64,000 nt of DNA from Eledone cirrhosa (GCA_964016885.1 OZ024765.1:8928001-8992000), one strand, 5' to 3'. Shown: positions 11,892-28,635, counted from the first letter of the stretch. A program made the numbers and translations. The notes: a model not told the origin generated them from the sequence alone.

Positions 11892-12604
11892 TCATCATCA
11901 CCGTTTTACGTCCGTTCTTCCACGCTAGCATGGGTTAGACGGGTTGTCCTGTTGTGGGCAGTGTCTGGTCGGCTGACCATGCCTTGCTCATACAGGAACT
12001 GATCTGGCTTGATTTCTACAGCTGGATGCCCTTCTTAACACCAACCTCATTTACAGTGTGTGCTGGGTGCTTTTTCGTGGCGCCTACACGTCCACTTTAC
12101 AGTGTGGGCTGGGTGCTTTTTTGCCGTGGCACCTCCACGACCACCTTGCAGTGGGGGTTGTGGGGGCATATTGTCTATATGCTTCAGCTTGTACCCATGG
12201 GAGGTCGGGTACTCTGTATTACTGCGTGACGCCAGAGGTCATATATATATATATATATATAGATACACAGTCCATGGTGTAATGTGGCCGTGTAGGCAAC
12301 ACGGTAAAAACCTCCCAGACCCACACTGTAAATGTGGTTGGTGTTAGGAAGGGCATCCAGCTGTAGAAAACCTGCCAGACAGTCCACGCTGTAATGTGGC
12401 CGTGTAGGCAACACGGTAAAAACCTCCCAGACCCACACTGTAAATGTGGTTGGTGTTAGGAAGGGCATCCAGCTGTAGAAAACCCGCCAGACAGTCCTAT
12501 GCGAGCAAGACAACCACTCTTGCCTCAAGTGGGAAAACCCCCGTCCAAACCCATGCAAGCGTGGAACACGGATGTTAAACGTTGATGATGATGATGATGA
12601 TGAT
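11889..12604. mobile_element. back-to-back RTE-type 3' tail fragments with (GAT)n ends
   Basis: Tail ggtgttaggaagggcatccagctgtagaaa...acccatgc..gcgtggaa..cggatgttaaac(gat)n. The same tail occurs at 9340-9598, 22905-23280, 27668-27820 and 57680-58150. Confidence 0.75.
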
Positions 12605-13139
12605 ATGCACTTCCCGACACCATTCGTTAGCTTGCCCGCAACCAGAGCTTCGATTATGCTGTACTACCTTCTTGTATTATTATCTCCTAGACTTAATGAC
12701 TAATTGATTAATATAATTAGACAATTCTATTGATTGGTTAAATGTTTATGTTTGTTTAATAACATGTAGTCGAGAGCTTTCATTCGGTTTGTGTAAAAGA
12801 TTTAAATCTTTTGTTCAAATCACTCCTCTCTCTATCTCTGGAAGAAATCAGCTATCTTCTGACTTGAAGAGGGACAGACTCCACCATGGTGCTCCTACAA
12901 CTACATCAAGAGTTAAGGGACCATGGCATAGCAGTACTTGTTATTAGTTTTTGGTTGTTTCAGTAAACACTACTGGAGTAGGCATATAATAAAAAGGAAA
13001 CCAAATAAATGTTGCTAACATACTATATTTTAGCCTAATCTAGTTTCATTTTGTACCCTGTGTGTAGTCATTTATTGCAAGAACACAGTCATCCATTACT
13101 TTTTATTGTCTGGCTGAAAGATCAACTTGCAGTATGTGG

Positions 13140-13220
13140 CACCAATTGACCAGAACACTGAGCGGTTCATCTATGCTGACGACCTCTGTGTTACATCCCA
13201 AGAGAGTAGCTTTCATTCGG
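13140..13220 (+). pseudogene. tiny reverse-transcriptase fragment, probably Vingi/Ingi-like LINE
   Basis: Translates PIDQNTERFIYADDLCVTSQESSF, with the YADD catalytic motif at 13172-13183. Confidence 0.6.
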
Positions 13221-14006
13221 TTTGTGTAAAGGATTTAAATCTTTTGTTCAAATTTTGAATTTGACCGCCAAAACCGGGGGCTACCTCCCTTCGGATAAAC
13301 CACGTGACTACTAGCAGTGTTTACTACTAGTTCTTGCAACTGGCGGAGGCAGAACGAAAACTTGTTGACGAAGTAAATTCCACTGTTCTATCTTCCAAAG
13401 ACCAATTAACTTGCAGGCCCCTGCAAATGGATTTTGTTGATTTTGGATTTACAGAAACCTAGTGGAGATGCTATATAATTGTTTCTACTTTTGGCACAAG
13501 GCCAGCAATTACCCAGTGCATTGCTGGTACTTTATTTTATCAACACCGTAAGGATGAAAGGTAAAGTTAACCTCGGCGGGATTTGAACTCAGACCGTAAA
13601 GGGACGTAACTATATATATATTTAATTAATTTCCACGTGCTGTTGAAATGTTAGGTAAATATTCTATGGCGGTTGGACGCGAAGACACCGCTGTGGCGTA
13701 TTTATTTACTGTTTCTTCATAGGTGCCTTTTATTCTTATAGCCTGGTCTAATTGATTTTTTGTGTGGTTAATTATGCTGATTGGGAGTAGAGATATATCT
13801 ATCTATCTATCTATCTAGGGCGGGTAAAATTCCCGACATCCATGGACGAGTTCTCTCCAGCGGTCTCTGTCCCTCATTATCGCTGCCATGTCCTGCGTCT
13901 CCAACAGACCAGTGTCTGTCCTTACGGCATCAACATACGTTAACCTTGGTCTTCCTCTTCTAGTGTGTCCATATCATATAATTCTCTGGACATGCTTTAC
14001 TCTATA

Positions 14007-14045
<39 letters not shown>

Positions 14046-14585
14046 TTGCAAGGTTTTTTATATGAAATCATGTGTTGAAACAAATATTATTATAATATTG
14101 CCAAAACACACTCACTGTTTGGGTTGGTTTCCGTTTCTGTATATTTTATATCTCTATAGTTAATTAATCTGGCAACCAATGTTTATCATTGATTGTCTAT
14201 GTATATATATATATATCATAATAATTGTTTCTACTTTAAGCACAAGGCCAGCAATTACCCAGTACATTACTGGTACTTTATTTTATCGACCCCGTAAGGA
14301 TGAAAGGCAAAGTTAACCTCGGCGGGATTTGAACTCAGTCTGTAAAGGGACGTAACTATGCTAGAAAGCATGGTGTCCGACTATATATCATAATAATAGT
14401 TATATTATAGCTTTATTACAATTTTTCATTATAATATTTCATTACTATTTTTATATCTGTTCAACTACCTTATACACTTGCTCTATAATATATTGGGATT
14501 AACACTTATAATTAGTCTTCTCACCTATAATATATCCTGTTAAATGTTCTACTGATTAGGAATATACCTGTTTTAACCTTTATAT

Positions 14586-14630
14586 GCTCTGATGATTCCA
14601 GACCTACATCTGGATGAAACGTTTGTAAGC
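14586..14630 (+). ncRNA. minimal type I hammerhead ribozyme motif
   Basis: gct-CTGATGA-t-tccaga-cctaca-tctgga-t-GAAAC-gttt-GTA-agc: intact core, 6-bp stem II, 2-bp stem III, short stem I. Confidence 0.7.
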
Positions 14631-14747
14631 TATTAAATGTTTTAAACACAATTTGATTGTTACTTATGTTGTATATATTTATATCTATATTTTTAACCAT
14701 TGGTCAATCAATGGTAAACATTTCTAAGGAAAATTCTATGAATGCAG

Positions 14748-15717
14748 AGACCTCAAATGGTTGGACCTTGAATGGTGGGACCTGGAATGGTTGGACCTGG
14801 AATGGTGGGACCAAAAATGGCAAGACCTCGAATGGTTGGACCTTGAATGGTGGGACCTGGAATGGCGGGACCTCGAATGGCAAGACCTGGAATGGCAGGA
14901 CCTGGAATGGCAGGACCTCGAATGGCTGGACCTGGAATGGCGGGACCTGGAATGGCAGGATTTGGAATGGCAGGACCTCGAATGCAGGACCTGGAATGGC
15001 AGGACCTCGAATGGCGGGACCTCGAATGGCGGGACCTCGAATGGCTGGACCTCGAATGGCAGGACCTGGAATGGCAGGACCTGGAATGGCAGGACCTGGA
15101 ATGGCAGGACCTCGAATGGCTGGACCTGGAATGGCGGGACCTGGAATGGCAGGATTTGGAATGGCAGGACCTCGAATGGCGGGAGCTGGAATGGCGGGAC
15201 CTGGAATGGCAGGATTTGGAATGGCAGGACCTCGAATGGCAGGACCTGGAATGGCGGGACCTCGAATGGCGGGACCTCGAATGACGGGACCTGGAATGGC
15301 AGGACCTCGAATGGCGGGACCTCGAATGGCGGGACCTCGAATGACGGGACCTGGAATGGCAGGACCTGGAATGACGGGACCTCGAATGGCAGGACCTGGA
15401 ATGGCAGGACCTCGAATGGTGGGAGCTGGAATGACGGGAGCAGGAATGGCAGGACCTCGAATGCAGGACCTGGAATGGCGGGACCACAAATGGCGGGAGC
15501 TGGAATGCAGGACCTGGAATGCAGGACCTGGAATGGCAGGACCACAAATGGCGGGAGCAGGAATGGCAGGACCTGGAATGCAGGACCTGGAATGGCGGGA
15601 CCACAAATGGCGGGAGCTGGAATGCAGGACCTGGAATGCAGGACCTGGAATGGCAGGACCACAAATGGCGGGAGCAGGAATGGCAGGACCTGGAATGCAG
15701 GACCACAAATGGCAGGG
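14748..15717. repeat. 15-bp minisatellite (gacctggaatggcag variants) in intron 2
   Basis: About 65 units, with some 14-bp units. Confidence 0.92.
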
Positions 15718-15756
15718 GTAAACTGTATTATATTATGGAATAATATATTTTGTTAC

Positions 15757-15845
15757 CTGAAATTCCAGTCCATATCTCTCTCGACAGAAATCTTTGATTT
15801 TGGGATAAATTCTTTCCATTAGAGCATTCCTCTCCACTGTGGTGT
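15757..15845 (-). CDS. NWD1/NWD2-like: NWD-like gene, coding exon 2: (D)TTVERNALMERIYPKIKDFCRERYGLEFQ
   Basis: Acceptor tatttcag|AC and donor CAG|gtaac; 89 bp, phase 1/0. Completes SSTFT-D from exon 1 and leads into VVDMRWG of exon 3. Confidence 0.93.
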
Positions 15846-15952
15846 CTGAAATATAACATGGTGGATGTTATCAATATAGGGCTGGGCATTGGCTGTAACT
15901 GGTAGAGCGTTGGACAACATGCCTTGTGGCATCGTTAGAGCAGAAACAAAAA

Positions 15953-17548
15953 GACAGTGCCCCAGCATGGCCACAGCAGTGCTCCATCATGGCACCAACA
16001 CCAACAAAATACAGTGCCCCAGCATGGCCACAGCAGTGCTCCATCATGGCACCAACACCAACAAAATACAGTGCCCCACACCACCATGGCCACCACCACA
16101 CCACCACACCACCACCACACCACCACACCACACCACACCACCACCACACCACCACACCACCATGGCCACCACCACACCACCACCACCACACCACCACACC
16201 ACCACACCACCATGGCCACCACCACACCACCACCACACCACCACACCACCACACCACACCACCACCACACCACCACACCACCATGGCCACCACCACACCA
16301 CCACCACCACACCACCACACCACCACACCACACCACCACCACACCACCACACCACCACCACACCACCACACCACCACACCACCACCACCACACCACACCA
16401 CCACCACACCACCACACCACCACACCACCACACCACCACCACCACACCACCATGGCCACCACCACCACACCACCACCACACCACCATGGCCACCACCACA
16501 CCACCACCACCACCACCACCACCACCACCACACCACCATGGCCACCACCACCACACCACCACCACACCACCATGGCCACCACCACACCACCACCACCACC
16601 ACCACCACCACCACACCACCACCACCACACCACCACCACCACACCACCACCACCACACCACCACACCACCACCACCACACCACCACCACCACACCACCAC
16701 ACCACCACCACCACACCACCACCACCACACCACCACCACCACACCACCACACCACCACCACCACACCACCACCACCACACCACCACCACCACACCACCAC
16801 CACCACACCACCACCACACCACCACACCACCACCACCACACCACCACCACCACACCACCACCATGGCCACCACCACCACACCACCACACCAACCACCACA
16901 CCACACCACCACACCACACCACCACCACACCACCACACCACCACACCACCACACCAACCACACCACCACACCACCACACCACCACACCAACCACACCACC
17001 ACACCACCACACCACCACACCACACCACCACACCACCACGACACACCACCACCATGGCCACCACCACCACACCAACCACACCACCACACCACCACACCAC
17101 CACACCACCACACCACCACACCACACCACCACCACACCACCACACCACCACACCACCACACCAACCACACCACCACACCACCACACCACCACACCAACCA
17201 CACCACCACACCACCACACCACCACACCACACCACCACACCACCACGACACACCACCACCATGGCCACCACCACCACACCAACCACACCACCACACCACC
17301 ACACCACCACACCACCACACCAACCACACCACCACACCACCACACCACCACACCACCACACCAACCACACCACCACACCACCACACCACCACACCAACCA
17401 CACCACCACACCACCACACCACCACACCACACCACCACCACACCACACCACCACACCAACCACACCACCACACCACCACACCACACCAACCACCACACCA
17501 CCACACCACACCACCACACCAACCACACCACCATGGCCACCACCACCA
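15953..17548. repeat. CCA/CACCA compound microsatellite filling intron 1
   Basis: Direct inspection, with interspersed catggcc units. Confidence 0.92.
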
Positions 17549-17575
17549 ATAAAAGAAGTCAAGTGTTGTCCTCAC

Positions 17576-17870
17576 CTGTAAATGTGGAACTGGTGAATAT
17601 CCTCACAATCTTGGATCCCAGTGACGGCAGATTCTGCATGGAGCCTATCAGAAGTCTGTACAGCCTCTCCTTGCGCTCCTTCTCCTTGCGCTCCCGCTCT
17701 GCCAGTTCCTCCGCAGTCAGCTCCACCTCCCCCTCCCCGCCCCCACCCCCTCCGCCGGCGGCGCCGCCACCTTCTTCATCGTTCTCCTCTTTCTCTTTGT
17801 CCTTCTCCCTCTCTCGCTCTTTCTCTCGCTCTTTCTCTTTCTCTTTGTCTTTGTCTTTGTCTTTTTCCAT
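17576..17870 (-). CDS. NWD1/NWD2-like: NWD-like gene, first coding exon: charged/Gly-rich leader, then ...[18 protein letters not shown]
   Basis: aaacATGG start with an in-frame upstream TGA; donor CAG|gtgag, phase 1. [13 protein letters not shown] marks the start of DUF4062 in invertebrate NACHT-WD40 proteins. Confidence 0.9.
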
Positions 17871-17907
17871 GTTTCTTATTTGTCAAAGATTTTATATATA
17901 TGTGTAT

Positions 17908-17985
<78 letters not shown>

Positions 17986-17989
17986 TATG

Positions 17990-18030
<41 letters not shown>

Positions 18031-18091
18031 GATAAATCTACCAAGAGTTAACGGTAGTGTCCAATCCGTATGAAGAACTCAATTTTGTTTA

Positions 18092-18152
<61 letters not shown>

Positions 18153-18236
18153 GTTATTCCGGGTTGAATCGGAGGTAACCACAGTAAGTAAGGTACTCAA
18201 TACATTGCAGAGTATAAAAGTTTTAATATAGATGAG

Positions 18237-18283
18237 ATTCTACAGGACTAGAACTGTTTCATTCTTTAGAAATCATCAGGAAT
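18237..18283 (-). ncRNA. type I hammerhead ribozyme motif with all three stems
   Basis: Minus strand reads attc-CTGATGA-t-ttc-taaa-gaa-t-GAAACAG-ttctagtc-CTGTA-gaat: stem I attc/gaat, stem III ACAG/CTGT, GUA cleavage triplet. Confidence 0.7.
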
Positions 18284-18339
18284 ATATATATATATATATA
18301 TTAAAATAACAGATTAAAGTTTAAGCAAGTTTAACGGGA

Positions 18340-22815
<4,476 letters not shown>

Positions 22816-22904
22816 ACATCTAAAGCCTATTTTCCATGCTTGCATGGCTAAGACATATTATCGCTTCTGAGACCAAACCAGTCAGGTGACCACATCTTAC
22901 TCAT

Positions 22905-22946
<42 letters not shown>

Positions 22947-23280
22947 GTTTAACGACCATCTTCCACGCTAGGATGGGTTAGACGGGAATTGTCCCACTTG
23001 AGGCAAGATTGGTCGGGTGACCATGTCTCGCTCATATAGGACTATCTGGCAGGTTTTCAACAACTGGATGCCCTTCCTAACACCAACCACATTTACAGTC
23101 TGGACTGGGAGGTTTTTACCATATTACCTCATCATCATCATCATCGCCATCATTGTTTAACGTCTATTTTTCCACACTAGCATGGGTTAGACGAGTTTTC
23201 CTGTTGTGAGACAAGCCAGGTCAGGTGACCATGTCTTGCTCATGCAGAAATGATTTGGGCTTGGTTTCTACAGCTGGATG

Positions 23281-25514
23281 ACCACTTTACAGTGTGTACT
23301 GGGTGCTTTTGTTGTGACACCTACATGACCACTTTACAGTGTGTACTGGGTGCTTTTGTTGTGACACCTACATGACCACTTTACAGTGTGGACTGGGTGC
23401 TTTTGTTGTGACACCTACATGTCCACTTTACAGTGTGTACTGGGTACTTTTTGTTGTGACACCTACATGACCACTTTACAGTGTGTACTGGGTGCTTTTG
23501 TTGTGACACCTACATGTCCACTTTACAGTGTGTACTGGGTACTTTTTGTTGTGACACCTACATGACCACTTTACAGTGTGGACTGGGGGCTTTTTGTTGT
23601 GACACCTACATGACCACTTTACAGTGTGTACTGGGTACTTTTTGTTGTGACACCTACATGACCACTTTACAGTGTGGACTGGGGGCTTTTTGTTGTGACA
23701 CCTACATGACCACTTTACAGTGTGGACTGGGGGCTTTTTGTTGTGACACCTACATGACCACTTTACAGTGTGTACTGGGTACTTTTTGTTGTGACACCTA
23801 CATGACCACTTTACAGTGTGGACTGGGGGCTTTTTGTTGTGACACCTACATGACCACTTTACAGTGTGTACTGGGTACTTTTTGTTGTGACACCTACATG
23901 ACCACTTTACAGTGTGGACTGGGGGCTTTTTGTTGTGACACCTACATGACCACTTTACAGTGTGTACTGGGTACTTTTTGTTGTGACACCTACATGACCA
24001 CTTTACAGTGTGGACTGGGGGCTTTTTGTTGTGACACCTACATGACCACTTTACAGTGTGTACTGGGTACTTTTTGTTGTGACACCTACATGACCACTTT
24101 ACAGTGTGGACTGGGGGCTTTTTGTTGTGACACCTACATGACCACTTTACAGTGTGTACTGGGTACTTTTTGTTGTGACACCTACATGACCACTTTACAG
24201 TGTGTACTGGGTACTTTTTGTTGTGACACCTACATGACCACTTTACAGTGTGGATTGGGGGCTTTTTGTTGTGACACCTACATGACCACTTTACAGTGTG
24301 TACTGGGTACTTTTTGTTGTGACACCTACATGACCACTTTACAGTGTGTACTGGGTACTTTTTGTTGTGACACCTACATGACCACTTTACAGTGTGGATT
24401 GGGGGCTTTTTGTTGTGACACCTACATGACCACTTTACAGTGTGTACTGGGTACTTTTTGTTGTGACACCTACATGACCACTTTACAGTGTGGACTGGGG
24501 GCTTTTTGTTGTGACACCTACATGACCACTTTACAGTGTGTACTGGGTACTTTTTGTTGTGACACCTACATGACCACTTTACAGTGTGTACTGGGTACTT
24601 TTTGTTGTGACACCTACATGACCACTTTACAGTGTGGATTGGGGGCTTTTTGTTGTGACACCTACATGACCACTTTACAGTGTGTACTGGGTACTTTTTG
24701 TTGTGACACCTACATGACCACTTTACAGTGTGGACTGGGGGCTTTTTGTTGTGACACCTACATGACCACTTTACAGTGTGTACTGGGTACTTTTTGTTGT
24801 GACACCTACATGACCACTTTACAGTGTGGACTGGGGGCTTTTTGTTGTGACACCTACATGACCACTTTACAGTGTGTACTGGGTACTTTTTGTTGTGACA
24901 CCTACATGACCACTTTACAGTGTGGATTGGGGGCTTTTTGTTGTGACACCTACATGACCACTTTACAGAGTGGACTGGGGGCTTTTTGCCGTGACACCTA
25001 CATGACCACTTTACAGTGTGGACTGGGTGCTTTTTGTTGTGACACCTATATGACCACTTTACAGTGTGGACTGGGGGCTTTTTGCTGTGATGACCACTTT
25101 ACAATGTGGACTGGGTGCTTTTTGTTGTGACACCTACACGACCACTTTACAGTGTGGACTGGGTGCTTTTTGTTGTGACACCTATATGACCACTTTACAG
25201 TGTGGACTGGGGGCTTTTTGCTGTGATGACCACTTTACAATGTGGACTGGGTGCTTTTTGTTGTGACACCTACACGACCACTTTACAGTGTGGACTGGGT
25301 GCTTTTTGTTGTGACACCTATATGACCACTTTACAGTGTGGACTGGGGGCTTTTTGTTGTGATGACCACTTTATAGTGTGGACTGGGTGCTTTTTGTTGT
25401 GACACCTATATGACCACTTTACAATGTGGACTGGGTGCTTTTTGTTGTAATAGCTACATGACCACTATACAATGTGGACTGGGTGCTTTTTGTTGTGACA
25501 CCTACACGACCACT
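23281..25514. repeat. 48-bp satellite (about 46 copies) amplified from an RTE/SINE tail segment
   Basis: Unit accactttacagtgtg(t/g)actggg(ta/gg)ctttttgttgtgacacctacatg continues directly from the retroposon tail at 23130-23280. Confidence 0.92.
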
Positions 25515-25552
25515 CCCGCCCGTTGCCTCAATCTATCTTATTTCTCATTCTT

Positions 25553-25588
25553 TCTTCTGATGAAGGTCTAGCGTCCGAAACGTTAAGA
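25553..25588 (+). ncRNA. minimal Penelope-type hammerhead motif with palindromic stem III
   Basis: tctt-CTGATGA-aggtctagcgtcc-GAAACGTT-aaga. Confidence 0.55.
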
Positions 25589-25672
25589 CCCTCTTCCTGC
25601 TATATCAAGCATTAACCTAATATATCCCTTCCATATACTGTACCGCTTGTGTTGTTATTTCTGTTTACCTTC

Positions 25673-25730
<58 letters not shown>

Positions 25731-25736
<6 letters not shown>

Positions 25737-26548
25737 AAGAATGAAGATTAACATATTTGGCTCTACAATAGGGGCTTTATTTAAAGTACTGACAATTGTT
25801 TCGTTGATCATGTGGGTCTAGAGTTTGCTAATCGCTTGATGTTGCGTTATTCGATCTCCAATACATTATTCACCTCTGGTCAACACATCAGAGTTATGTA
25901 GATATGAAAGTAATTCACTCGAGGCAAGACTTATATAGAGAAATAGCGTATAATTAAAACAACAACATCAATAATAAAATAGCGTATAATCTAAACAATA
26001 ACATCAATAATAAAACATGTATGGTAAATAGGTAGAGAAGTTACAGATGTAAAAAGTAATATATGTTACAGATGTAAAAAGAAGTTACAGATGTAATATA
26101 TGTTACAGATGTAAAAAGAAGTTACAGATGTAAAAAGTAAAAGTAGAATATAAGATAGGGTACATAAAAAATTAAGAAAAAGAGAGAATGGAAAATATAA
26201 AGGGATAAACAAATAAATAATTGAGATTGTGTAAGTACATAGTAGTAGTTTTTGAGTAAGTGTTCTTATAAGGATTCGTTGGTGGGAAGTTAGATTTGAG
26301 GGTCCGATAAAAGAGACAATAAATTAGAGATTAATTGCTGGATGTATGTATGATATTTATGGGCTAGGGTGAATAATGTATTGGAGATCGAATAACGCAA
26401 CATCAGGCGATTAGCGAACTCTAGACACACATGATCAACGAAACAATTGTACAGTAACATGGTTGGCTGTACAATAAGGGATTTATTTATTTATTTAAAT
26501 AAAGCCCGTATTGTACAGCCAACCATGTTAATCTTCATTCTTTAACTA
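25731..26548. mobile_element. Penelope-like remnant with ~140-bp inverted arms and a long-stem-II hammerhead (25788-25894, minus; A9 changed to T)
   Basis: 25731-25873 is inverted at 26368-26548. Minus strand reads act-CTGATGT-gttgacca...tgatcaac-GAAAC-AATT-GTC-agt. Confidence 0.65.
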
Positions 26549-26848
26549 TTATTACTCCAAGTATAACCTGTATAAAAATTACTGCCTAACTCTGGAAGCA
26601 TCTTGTTGAGTAAAAAAAGCCGTACGTTAAAACTATCCACGACGCAGAGTACTCACAACCTCTCGCTGGATTAGCTATAACAATAACTTGTGATCCCATA
26701 TATATATATATATATGTGTTCAGAAGAGATTGTTTTGGTAAAAACAGGAGCAAGCAGGAGAAAGCTCTCTACATTCATACTTTGTAGTTACAATGACAAC
26801 AACAAATCCATGTATTACATCTTGGATTGCATGGGAGAACCGTTGAAA

Positions 26849-27597
26849 TCTTAACTATAATAAAGGGAGGAGTGCGGGACTGTGTCCAGAATATATTTTT
26901 TTACCCCGTTTGTAAAACAAGTTGGATTACTTTGAATAAATAATTGTTTCTACTTTAGGCACAAGGCCAGCAATTACCCAGTTCATTACTGGTACTTTAT
27001 TTTATCGACCCCGTAAGGATGAAAGGCAAAGTTAACCTCGGCGGGATTTGAACTCAGATCGTAAAGGGACGTAACTATGCTGGAAAGCATGGCGTCCGAC
27101 CCTCTACCGATACTGCCAATCCACCGCCCTATAATAAAATGAACGAGATTCGAACTCGCAATCTTCTGATTCGAAGTCAGACGCCTTATCCATTAGGCCA
27201 TGCGGTCAGCCTGAATAAATATTACTTTGAATAAATAATGAATGAATATTACATAATTTATGTGCTAAATTTCATGGCTGCTGATTAAATATATTTTATA
27301 GCTTATTTAATGATGCACTTCTTTAAAATTTTCAAATGTCAACACTTCCGGTTAGCAATCGTTTAAATAAACATTCATATATTTCCGTCACTAATTTTCT
27401 CCTAATGCAGTTTATATATAATATCGTCTTTTTTTAATGTATCCTGGATTACGTTACTGATTACATAAGACAGTGTAACGCAGTCTTCGTTCACTTCCTG
27501 TGTATTATATATTGTCAATTACGGTGTTATTTGATGTATCATATCTATATGTATATATACTTGCGTATAATATCAATATACACACCACACAGGCTAG
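26849..27597 (+). mobile_element. non-autonomous Helitron-like element, copy 2
   Basis: A|TCTTAACTATAATAAAG ... CACAGGCTAG|T, i.e. canonical TC/CTAG termini in an AT target; homologous to 6698-7350. Confidence 0.7.
27143..27207 (-). tRNA. tRNA-Arg(TCG) pseudogene lacking the 3' acceptor strand
   Basis: GACCGCA-TG-GCCT AATGGATA AGGC-G-TCTGA CT TCG AA TCAGA-AGATT-GCGAG TTCGAAT CTCGT, then TCATTTT instead of a complementary acceptor strand. Confidence 0.88.
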
Positions 27598-27816
27598 TAA
27601 TTATAATGAATACACGATTTATGTAACATCAGTATCTCTCTTAATGTTAATCTTATATATATATATACTGTAAATGTGGTTGGTGTTAGGAAGGGCATCC
27701 AGCTGTAGAAAACCCGCCAGGCAGTCCTATGCGAGCAAGATAACCACTCTTGCCTCAAGTGGGAAAACCCTCCGTCCAAGCCCATGCAAGCATGGAATAC
27801 GGACGTTATATGGTGA

Positions 27817-28053
<237 letters not shown>

Positions 28054-28399
28054 GGAGGCACATGGCTTAGTGGTTAGAGCATTGGCCTTGTAATCGAAAG
28101 GTTGTGAGTTCAATTCTCAGACCGGGTGATGTGTTGTTTCCTTGAGCAAGACACTTTATTTCACATTGCTCCAGTTTACTCAGCTGTAGAAATGAGATGA
28201 TAGGGACTGGGGTCCATATCATTCCACTGCAAAGTGGTCGTGGAGGTGCCACGGCAAAAAAGCACCCAGCACTCACTGTAAATGAGGTTGGTGTTAGGAA
28301 GGGCATCCAGCTGTAGAAATCAAGCCAGAATCAGTTCCCGTCCCACCCTTGCAAGCAGGGAAAAGCGGACGTAAAATGAAATGATGAAATGATGATGAT
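28054..28399 (+). mobile_element. tRNA-derived SINE family B with an RTE-type 3' tail
   Basis: Head tggcttagtggttagagc...gagttcaattctc, core ccttgagcaagacacttt, tail aggaagggcatccagctgtagaaa...(gat)n. Copies: 5077-5180, 30240-30376(-), 30932-31270, 33890-34240, 60713-61057, 50545-50660(-). Confidence 0.85.
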
Positions 28400-28507
28400 A
28401 TATATGAATGATATAAGATAACGATACAATATGGGTTTCAACACATGTTTTCAGATAAAGAATCTTGCTAAACAAATTCAGAAACGAAATATATATATAT
28501 ATATATA

Positions 28508-28635
28508 TAGGAAAAAGTATGACCCCAACGGCAGAACTGAAGCCGTTTCGACGGCTATTTCTGGACTTTTATTTTAGTCCAGAAATAGCCGTCGAAACGG
28601 CTTGAGCTCTGCCGTTGGGGTCATACTTTTTCCTA
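28508..28635. repeat. fold-back with ~58-bp arms carrying a hammerhead 3' half (GAAACGGC...GCCGTT)
   Basis: taggaaaaagtatgaccccaacggcag pairs with ctgccgttggggtcatactttttccta. A related copy with the same downstream flank lies at 49507-49740. Confidence 0.75.

Noticed and set aside
14657-15822. ORFs with AGPGM, TWNGR or DLEWQ repeats and a signal-peptide-like start
   Set aside because: A 15-bp minisatellite open in nearly all frames. The start is TTG, 14-bp units shift frame freely, and it lies within intron 2 of the NWD-like gene.
23481-25130. 549-aa Cys-rich ORF, and similar ORFs at 34504-35901 and 42726-44093
   Set aside because: 48-bp satellite units are a multiple of three. They derive from non-coding repeats and the frames break at variant units.
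27143-27207. Functional tRNA-Arg gene
   Set aside because: The 3' acceptor strand is missing, so the cloverleaf cannot close.
28054-28125. SINE heads as tRNA genes
   Set aside because: They are multi-copy, continue into SINE core and tail sequence, and have imperfect stems.
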